Assembly: GCA_934096315.1 (NCBI GenBank)
Contig: CAKOLT010000003.1
Location: 3,863-67,862, forward strand
DNA: 64,000 bases
Direction: 5' to 3'
Source: an uncultured Bacilli bacterium
Lineage (GTDB): Bacteria; Bacillota_I; Bacilli_A; RF39; UBA660
Of the stretch, positions 57,449-64,000 are shown piece after piece. Position numbers and translations under genes: made by a program. How positions within the stretch are numbered: position 1 is the first letter of the stretch; every line of letters begins with the position of its first letter. The notes under the pieces were generated by a model that was not told the origin of the DNA, searched no databases, and saw only the letters and a list, made by a program, of their open reading frames with translations.

Positions 57449-58118
57449 ACTCTCCTCCTTGTAGTAGGTCTGGTCTTTTTCTTTTTGTTATTTCTAGTGC
57501 TTCTTTTTTTCGATATTCTTCTATTTTTTTATGGTCTCCGCTTAAGAGTACTTCTGGTACTTTTAGGCCTTCAAAATCACGTGGTTTAGTGTAAGTTGGA
57601 TAGTCAAGTAAGTTTTGGGTAAATGAATCATTTTGGTAAGATGATTCTGTTATGACTCCTTTTAGGAGTCTTACTATGCTATCTGTTATAGCCATAGCGG
57701 GTATTTCTCCTCCGGTTAATATAAAGTCTCCGATACTTATTTCATAATCTACGTAATTTCTTATTCTTTCATCGAAGCCTTCATAATGACCGCATACAAT
57801 GATTAAGTGTTTAAATTCTTTAAATTTATATGCTGCACTTTGTTTATAGACTTCTCCGGTTGGACACATAAGTAATACTTTAGTATCTTCTTGTTTTAAG
57901 TCTTTAATAGCGTCCACTATTGGCTGACACATAAGAACCATGCCAGAACCTCCACCATATGGAGTATCATCTACTTGATTATTGTTTTTTTTACTATAAC
58001 TTCTAAAGTCTACTACATTTATTTGGACAATATTTTTTTGTATAGCCCTTTTAATAATAGATTCATTTAGAAATCCTGTAAACATATTTGGAAATAATGT
58101 TAATATATCTATTTTCAT
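57435..58118 (-). CDS. trmD: tRNA (guanine37-N1)-methyltransferase
   Basis: MKIDILTLFPNMF...DDTPYGGGSGMVL...IVCGHYEGFDERI...SIGDFILTGGE. Confidence 0.95.
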   Translation of the reverse strand: MKIDILTLFPNMFTGFLNESIIKRAIQKNIVQINVVDFRSYSKKNNNQVDDTPYGGGSGMVLMCQPIVDAIKDLKQEDTKVLLMCPTGEVYKQSAAYKFKEFKHLIIVCGHYEGFDERIRNYVDYEISIGDFILTGGEIPAMAITDSIVRLLKGVITESSYQNDSFTQNLLDYPTYTKPRDFEGLKVPEVLLSGDHKKIEEYRKKEALEITKRKRPDLLQGGEYEEK

Positions 58119-58609
58119 TCTACTAATCCCCCGATGTTATCTACTTGTAAATAACCTTCTTCTAAACACACTTTTTTTATTATATCAAAATTATATGGAA
58201 TGTAAAAGTCTTTTTCTTTATTTGTTACTAGTAATAGGTTATTTTTGTTATATCTTACTATTTTTTTTACTCTACCAACTTCTTTGGATGAGATATAGAC
58301 TTTTAAATTTATTATGTCTTCATCTAAATATTGGTTTTTATCTAATTGTACATCTTCTTTATTTACAAAGATATATTTTCCTTTATATAAAAGTGCTTTG
58401 TCTATATCATCTATGTCTTCAAAAGTTAGCATTTCGAATATTTTATGATGTCTATATCTAATTGATTTATGTTTTTCTTTATTCTCTCCGATATAGTAAT
58501 TCATGTTTTCTTTAAATACTTTATCTTTATAAGGAAAGTCTGAGAGAATTCTAACCTCTCCTTTTAAGCCATGAGTATTAACTATTTTACCTATTATTAC
58601 ATATTTCAT
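58115..58609 (-). CDS. rimM: 16S rRNA processing protein RimM
   Basis: IGKIVNTHGLKGEVRI at the N-terminus and a PRC-barrel C-terminus. Overlaps the trmD start. Confidence 0.9.
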   Translation of the reverse strand: MKYVIIGKIVNTHGLKGEVRILSDFPYKDKVFKENMNYYIGENKEKHKSIRYRHHKIFEMLTFEDIDDIDKALLYKGKYIFVNKEDVQLDKNQYLDEDIINLKVYISSKEVGRVKKIVRYNKNNLLLVTNKEKDFYIPYNFDIIKKVCLEEGYLQVDNIGGLVE

Positions 58610-59337
58610 TTATTAAATACCTCATACATAAGAATTGCCCCCGCGACGGCAGCATTTAAACTTTCACAATCTTTATGCATTTTTATATATAGGTGTTCGT
58701 CGCATAAGTTACTCACTTCTTCACTCATACCACTTCCTTCATTACCAATAATAATAGCTATTTTTCCTTTAAAGGTGACATTTCTTATATCTACTCCCCC
58801 TTGGACTTTAGTCCCTAATACGAGATAGTCTTTTTGTTTTAGACTATTTATAACTTTAGGTAAGTCATTTCTAATTAAGATGTTACTGTGGCATATCATT
58901 CCTTGAGCAGATCTTACTACTTTGGAATTATATAAGTCTACAGAACTTCCTCCTAGAATAATTGTATCTACATTAAAGGCTTTCGAGGTTCTTATTATGG
59001 TTCCTAAATTGCCAGGGTCTTGAATAGATTCTAGTATTATAACATTATTTCCAATGTTTTCTTCTTTTCTTTTTTTAACAAGAGCGATTATATCTGGGCA
59101 TGATGTTGTAGTAGCTAATTTTTTCATTACTTTAAGGCTTACGGTAGTTACTAAGACAGTGGAAGGGTATGATATTCCTTCCAGAACAAATATTTCCGTA
59201 ACTAGATTTTCTTTAAGAGCTTCTTCTACTAGATGGTAACCTTCTGCTAGATATTCTTCGCTTTCACTTTGATATTTTTTTTCTTTTAATTTTATTATTT
59301 TTTTTATATGATTATTTTCTAAAGAACTTATTAACAT
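58606..59337 (-). CDS. SpoU/TrmH-family RNA 2'-O-methyltransferase (RlmB-like)
   Basis: DPGNLGTIIRTSKAF...IIIGNEGSGMSEE...SLNAAVAGAILMYE (SPOUT motifs). Confidence 0.85.
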   Translation of the reverse strand: MLISSLENNHIKKIIKLKEKKYQSESEEYLAEGYHLVEEALKENLVTEIFVLEGISYPSTVLVTTVSLKVMKKLATTTSCPDIIALVKKRKEENIGNNVIILESIQDPGNLGTIIRTSKAFNVDTIILGGSSVDLYNSKVVRSAQGMICHSNILIRNDLPKVINSLKQKDYLVLGTKVQGGVDIRNVTFKGKIAIIIGNEGSGMSEEVSNLCDEHLYIKMHKDCESLNAAVAGAILMYEVFNK

Positions 59338-59401
59338 ACAACCACTCCTTTATAGCAAGATAATTATAACAAATTTCCAAATAATAGTAAAGATAAATGT
59401 T

Positions 59402-60142
59402 TTATTTATTTCCCTTAAATATTTGTTTAAATATATTAGTACCCTTTTGTTTTTTTAAATCTTTATTTATCTTCTTACGGTAGTTATCTAGATAATTTAT
59501 TAAGTTACCACTGAAAGGAAACATAAAGCTTGTCCTTTCTTTCATTTTAATTCTAGCGTCTTTTATATCTCTTTTTAATTCTTCATATCTAACTATTATG
59601 CTATTGTTGTGAGCGTATTTTTTAACACGAACTAATATCTTTGAAGAATATACGAAGTCTATAATAATTGTAGAGAAGAACATTCCTAAAACAAAGCAGA
59701 ATTCTATGTGGTTTGAAAACCAATCTAGGTAAATCATTACTTTGCCCGCTACAAAGAAATAGTATATAGCGGCAATTAGGGTCCATATTAATGAAAATAG
59801 TGGGCATATTATTCCTTTAAAGTTTAACCAGTTGGAACTGTAATCCCATAGTTTTATTCCAAAGCCCCTTATGAATATGAGACCTCCAATTAATTCTATT
59901 ACTGTCATAGATACTCCCATAAGAAGTATGCACCATATGGGGTTTTCAAAAGATGAGGCTATTTCTGAATATATAAGGGTCATGGTGCATAAGCCAAAAC
60001 CATATATAGGTAAATATGGTCCCATTAGAAAGCCGGGGTTAATCCACTTGCCTCCTACTACTCTACGATATATTAGTTCGAGAAAGTAACCGAATATACT
60101 TCCAATAAAGAATATAAAAAGATATTTTAAAAATACTGTCAT
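59402..60142 (-). CDS. Polytopic membrane protein, putative ABC-transporter type IV (PF06541-like) family
   Basis: IFFIGSIFGYFLELIYRRVVGGKWINPGFLMGPYLPIYGFG matches my recollection of the PF06541 N-terminal block. The ATG at 60142 follows AGGAG; the track start is a GTG at 60151. Confidence 0.55.
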   Translation of the reverse strand: MTVFLKYLFIFFIGSIFGYFLELIYRRVVGGKWINPGFLMGPYLPIYGFGLCTMTLIYSEIASSFENPIWCILLMGVSMTVIELIGGLIFIRGFGIKLWDYSSNWLNFKGIICPLFSLIWTLIAAIYYFFVAGKVMIYLDWFSNHIEFCFVLGMFFSTIIIDFVYSSKILVRVKKYAHNNSIIVRYEELKRDIKDARIKMKERTSFMFPFSGNLINYLDNYRKKINKDLKKQKGTNIFKQIFKGNK

Positions 60143-60158
60143 CAAAACCACTCCTAAC

Positions 60159-60845
60159 TTATTTTCTTATTTTAAATTTAAGTAATTGAATATCTTCTTC
60201 TATAGTGTTATATTCTATGATAACTACTGCTGTAGTCTCTTCACTTAAACTTTGCATATTCTCATTAAGTTCTACTTCAGATAAGGCACTATATACTTTT
60301 TTATAACCATCATAAGCGGCATTTTTTATTTTAAAGTTACTGATGCTATAATCTTTATCTAAAGAAATATCATTATAATATACATAATCTTCGTTATCAT
60401 AAATATTATTTTCATCGGAATAAATTAGGTTTGCGGGCTCACTACCAAATAATAACTTATAATATCCTTTATATATATTTAGATCCATATATGTTTTATC
60501 TCCACTAGAATAGTAGGAAATATCCTGAATATTTTTTAAGTTTAAGTAATCAAATACAAACCTTTGTTTGTTTTCATCAGTTAGTAAATTATTATTATAA
60601 TTTATTTTATCAGAATCTTTTTCATCTTTACCTACAAGTATTTTACTAAAACATGGGGCGATATTATTTAAATAATCTTCTAACTGTTTTTTTTCATAAG
60701 TAGTTACTTCTTTATTTATTATCTCATCAGTATTAGATTTGTAGGTTCTATAATAATATACATATAAAGAAAATAGAATTGTAATTAATATTAGAATAAT
60801 TAGTACTATTGTAGGAACTACTAGTTTACTATCTTTCTTACTCAT
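60159..60845 (-). CDS. Hypothetical membrane-anchored protein
   Basis: 228 aa with an N-terminal TM anchor (VVPTIVLIILILITILFSLYVYY) and a Y/N/D-rich extracytoplasmic part. RBS GGAGGT. Confidence 0.5.
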   Translation of the reverse strand: MSKKDSKLVVPTIVLIILILITILFSLYVYYYRTYKSNTDEIINKEVTTYEKKQLEDYLNNIAPCFSKILVGKDEKDSDKINYNNNLLTDENKQRFVFDYLNLKNIQDISYYSSGDKTYMDLNIYKGYYKLLFGSEPANLIYSDENNIYDNEDYVYYNDISLDKDYSISNFKIKNAAYDGYKKVYSALSEVELNENMQSLSEETTAVVIIEYNTIEEDIQLLKFKIRK

Positions 60846-60870
60846 ATCTTACATACCTCCGTTTAAAATA

Positions 60871-60899
60871 AATATACCACAAAAAATAATTAATGTAAA
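60871..60899 (-). promoter_or_regulatory. Extended -10 promoter for the 60159..60845 gene
   Basis: The minus strand reads TTTACA, 17 nt (ending in TGg), then TATATT. It lies immediately downstream of the terminator at 60899..60925. Confidence 0.45.
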
Positions 60900-60925
60900 G
60901 AAAAAAGAGGGAAAAATTTTCCCTC
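60899..60925 (-). terminator. Intrinsic terminator about 200 nt downstream of comEC
   Basis: On the minus strand, GAGGGAAAA-T-TTTTCCCTC is followed by TTTTTTTC. The plus-strand reading lacks a T-run. Confidence 0.6.
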
Positions 60926-61123
60926 AGATCTATATTAAACGCAAGTCTGCGACTTACGGTCTTACGTAAGCATATTTAAGTTTTTTACTCTACACTATTA
61001 ATATATGTTTGTATACATTTATTATGCTTATTATTTATCATTCTATACTATTTTATGTTTAATTGTTGGAAATGTTACTATAAATGATTAAATTAATGTT
61101 ATTTCAATGATGTTTTCCTTATC

Positions 61124-63241
61124 TTATGGATTGCACGTTTCTATGCTGTAGTTATCTTCATTTAATTTAACCATAATACTTCCCTTTAGGTCTGTTCTAT
61201 AGATAGTACTACTTTTTAAAGTATCTAATACTTCCTCTTTGGGATGACCATATCTATTGTTTTCGCCTACACTAATTAAGCTATAATCTGGATTTATTTT
61301 GTTTATAAACTGCTTACTTGATGAGGTGTTAGAACCATGGTGTCCTACTTTTAAGAAGTTAATATTACTTAGATTATATTTTTCTAAGATGTCTGTTTCT
61401 TTATCTATTCCTGCATCCCCCATAAAAAGAAATTTATAATTATAGTAGTTTAAATATATTACACTTGAATTGTCGTTTTCATTATCATACTTTTTTGTAT
61501 TTAAAAATTGTAATTTATAGCTATCTATATTTAATTCATTAATGCATGAATAATATTTAATTTTCCTTTTATCTAATACTTTGATTAATTCTTTTTCTAA
61601 ACTATTTTCTGCCCCACAGTTAAGTATTACTTTATCTACCTTAAAGTTATTAACTAAGTCAGTAGCCTCGCCCATATGGTCATAATCACCATGGGTTAAG
61701 ATTAGATAATCCAGTTTGGAGACTCCTTTTCCTTTTAAGTAAGGAATTGTTTTACTTTTGGCAATAGAATATTCTTTGCTTCTCTTCGCCCATGACTCTT
61801 TTTCATATTTAACGACTCCACCGGTATCTATTAATATGTTTGCTTTGTTATGTTCCATTTGGATAAAAATGCTGTCTCCTTGTCCTACGTCTAGAAAGGT
61901 TATTTCTGCGTTATTATTTAAATACATTATATTTTTGTGAATAGTTAGCATAATAATAAATAGATAGATATATTTTATTTTATAGATTGTAAGTATTATA
62001 AGAATATAATAGAGGATAATTATATAGATATTAATATTTGATAGGGTTATATATCCGAGGTTATGGGAGGATATTAATAGGGTTAATTTTTCCATTAGTA
62101 TTATAAAGATATATAATATGCTATCTAAAAAGGGGAATATAAATGTAAGTAGTGATAGTGGGAATACTATTAGGCTTACATATGGTATATATACTAGGTT
62201 TAATAATATACCAAGGATATTTACAGCGTTAAAGTTATAGATACATATGGGAAGGGCTACCATAAAGCATATAAAAGATGTATAGAGGCTTTTTAGGATG
62301 TTATTTTTTATAAGAGATATTTTTTTACTTAATAGAATTAGGCTAGCACTTGTTATGTATGAGAACTGGAATGATACGTTAAATAAATAGAATGGATCTA
62401 TTAGTAATATGATAATAAGCACTAAGAGTAAGATATCTTTGTTTTCTAGTTTTAGGTTGAATATTTTATTTATGGCAAAGAGGATGAACATGATGGTGGC
62501 TCTTATTATTGAGGCTTGGAAGGCTGCTAGAAAGAGATATAATAATAGGAATAGTATTACAATGGTGTAGTTTATTTTAGTGCTATAGGATATTCTTTTT
62601 AAGAAATATAGAAGGAAGCCTGCGAACAAACTTACATGCATGCCTGATATAGCAAATAAGTGTGATATTCCATTATTTTGGTATGAGGTAGTTATTTCCT
62701 CTTCCAGGAGGCTTTTATCTCCGAGAATAAAGGTTTTTATATAGCTTTTTGATTTGGAAATTTTAGAGATTCTAGTAGTTATTTTATTTTTTAAATGATA
62801 AAGTATGCTATCATTGTTTATAGTCTTAACTATTTTGTCTGCTGATGCTAGATAATAGATATGTTTATTATATAAATATTTTTTATAATTAAATCCTCCA
62901 AAGATAGTGTTTTCTGAAGGTGCTTCTAGCTTTCCTTTTACAATAATAGAGTCTCCAAGAGAAAGGTTTGATGCAAAATATTTCTTTTCATCAATATTTT
63001 TTAGATAGTAGTTTATGATTAGGGTTTCTTTTGATTTAAGATTGATTGTAAGTTTGTCTCCATCTATTTTATAACTTGTTACCTTACCAGTAAATTCTGT
63101 TTCAGTTATGTTATATATACTTTCTCTTGGAATTAAGTAAATGTTTAAAAGAGATACACCCACTATAAATAGTGCTAATAACTTGTAAAAATGTCTATAC
63201 CGTAATATTTTCTTTAATCTTCTCAAATAATTTTTCTCCAA
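61124..63241 (-). CDS. comEC: DNA internalization competence protein ComEC/Rec2
   Basis: N-terminal OB/DUF4131 region, a polytopic competence domain, and a C-terminal metallo-beta-lactamase domain (FLDVGQGDSIFI...LTHGDYDHMGE...VGHHGS). The start overlaps the comEA 3' end by 47 nt. Confidence 0.9.
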   Translation of the reverse strand: MEKNYLRRLKKILRYRHFYKLLALFIVGVSLLNIYLIPRESIYNITETEFTGKVTSYKIDGDKLTINLKSKETLIINYYLKNIDEKKYFASNLSLGDSIIVKGKLEAPSENTIFGGFNYKKYLYNKHIYYLASADKIVKTINNDSILYHLKNKITTRISKISKSKSYIKTFILGDKSLLEEEITTSYQNNGISHLFAISGMHVSLFAGFLLYFLKRISYSTKINYTIVILFLLLYLFLAAFQASIIRATIMFILFAINKIFNLKLENKDILLLVLIIILLIDPFYLFNVSFQFSYITSASLILLSKKISLIKNNILKSLYTSFICFMVALPICIYNFNAVNILGILLNLVYIPYVSLIVFPLSLLTFIFPFLDSILYIFIILMEKLTLLISSHNLGYITLSNINIYIIILYYILIILTIYKIKYIYLFIIMLTIHKNIMYLNNNAEITFLDVGQGDSIFIQMEHNKANILIDTGGVVKYEKESWAKRSKEYSIAKSKTIPYLKGKGVSKLDYLILTHGDYDHMGEATDLVNNFKVDKVILNCGAENSLEKELIKVLDKRKIKYYSCINELNIDSYKLQFLNTKKYDNENDNSSVIYLNYYNYKFLFMGDAGIDKETDILEKYNLSNINFLKVGHHGSNTSSSKQFINKINPDYSLISVGENNRYGHPKEEVLDTLKSSTIYRTDLKGSIMVKLNEDNYSIETCNP

Positions 63242-63905
63242 TACCGCTTACGTTTAATATATCTTCGATTTTCTTAAAGTTGCCATTTTCTTCTCTGTAT
63301 GCGATTATTGCTTTAGCTTTAGATTCTCCAATACCTGATACAGTGGTTAATTCTTCTACATCTGCAGTATTAATATTTACTTTACTTGAAGTCTGTTTAT
63401 TACCACTTTCTTCTTTGGTTGTGCTTTCATTAGAAGATGGAGTTATACAAGCGTCATTTTTAATACTTAACTCTTTTGAGTTATCTATATCAGTTTTTAG
63501 TACTTGGTTACTACTAATGGCATTTGCTATTTCTTCATTGGTATATATGATTATGACCATTTCATCAGTAACCTTTTTTGCAAGATTGATGTAACTGGTG
63601 TTAGCATTAGTACTTAGACCTCCGGCTAAATTTACTACGTCAATTACTCTAGTATTATCAGTAACTTCGTATACACCACTTTTAGTTACTGCACCTTTTA
63701 TATCTACGTAGTATGTCTTAGCCTCTAACTGTGTTTCTTTCTCTTCTTGGGGGGAATTTTCTTCTAAAGTATTGTGAGCATTTATATTATTACTTATTTC
63801 TTTTGATTTAGTTAAAGATATTTTTAAAAATATAAATGCTATTATTATGATAATTAGTAAGAAGAGTCCGATGGCATACTTGTACTTAAGTAAAATCTTT
63901 TTCAT
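63195..63905 (-). CDS. comEA: Competence protein ComEA (DNA receptor)
   Basis: TM anchor, SLBB-like domain (YVDIKGAVTKSGVYEV) and a C-terminal double HhH (INTADVEELTTVSGIGESKAKAIIAYREENGNFKKIEDILNVSGIGEKLFEKI). Confidence 0.9.
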   Translation of the reverse strand: MKKILLKYKYAIGLFLLIIIIIAFIFLKISLTKSKEISNNINAHNTLEENSPQEEKETQLEAKTYYVDIKGAVTKSGVYEVTDNTRVIDVVNLAGGLSTNANTSYINLAKKVTDEMVIIIYTNEEIANAISSNQVLKTDIDNSKELSIKNDACITPSSNESTTKEESGNKQTSSKVNINTADVEELTTVSGIGESKAKAIIAYREENGNFKKIEDILNVSGIGEKLFEKIKENITV

Positions 63906-64000
63906 TTTTTCACCTCCTCACTATAATATCTCCAAAGTGAGGCCAAAAATTCCCCCCTGTGTCTGAATTATTACCATAGATTATACGATTATTACCAAAA

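Noticed and set aside
59622-59807. A 61-aa minus-strand ORF nested in another frame inside the 59402..60142 membrane-protein gene.
   Set aside because: It has no RBS and no recognisable sequence, and it is wholly contained in a better-supported longer ORF on the same strand.
63906-63945. A hairpin (CCTCACT-13 nt-AGTGAGG) upstream of comEA whose 3' arm overlaps the first four bases of the SD (GAGGAGGTG).
   Set aside because: The stem is only 7 bp with a large loop and covers only part of the SD. The window ends 55 nt further on, so the promoter and leader context cannot be seen. This is too weak to call a regulatory element.
1-64000. An alternative genetic code (TGA read as Trp, as in Mollicutes), considered because of the extreme AT content and the mycoplasma-like SMC length.
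   Set aside because: All conserved genes are intact under the standard code, and TGA is used as a genuine stop. For example, the ABC ATPase ends at 18986..18988 at the position its family predicts. No in-frame TGA is needed in any conserved protein.

Overview
This is a 64-kb window from a very AT-rich chromosome (by eye well under 30% G+C). It uses the standard genetic code, with TGA as a stop, and the gene content points to an endospore-forming Firmicutes/Bacillota organism. About 60 protein genes are packed almost without gaps, and all but four are on the minus strand. Most of the content is core housekeeping: xseA-nusB, MOP-flippase and SEDS cell-wall genes, rpsP-KH, yqfC-yqfD, smc, gerQ, an M16 peptidase pair and deoD. 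An arginine deiminase operon (arcA-arcB-arcC/arcD) follows a polar amino-acid ABC importer. After it come a hybrid sensor kinase, two adenylate-forming enzymes, yebC, gatCAB, PBP2, smpB-capA-rnr-secG, an alpha/beta SASP, thiI and uvrC. The rest comprises an LRR orphan, nrdD/nrdG, lemA, sspI, holA, a thioredoxin/thiol-disulfide module, a cysteine desulfurase, secDF, glyQS, trmD-rimM, a SpoU methyltransferase and comEA-comEC. I found no rRNA, tRNA, CRISPR array or intact mobile element. The points most worth a second look are these. (1) nrdD is split, so its glycyl-radical loop lies on a separate 60-codon ORF with its own SD and ATG. (2) Carbamate kinase lacks a stop codon and reads in frame into the ArcD/YfcC-type transporter. 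(3) A perfect 151-bp tandem duplication covers the nrdG 3' end. (4) The hybrid histidine kinase has Gln in place of the phospho-accepting His. (5) One of the two tandem ANL paralogues is degenerate. (6) A 0.9-kb gene-free island carries a decayed PD-(D/E)XK transposase remnant. Items 1 and 2 each hinge on the length of one short homopolymer, so sequencing error must be excluded first. I see no recognisable defence or other multi-gene novel system. All functional calls come from reading the translated sequences for motifs; no database search was run.
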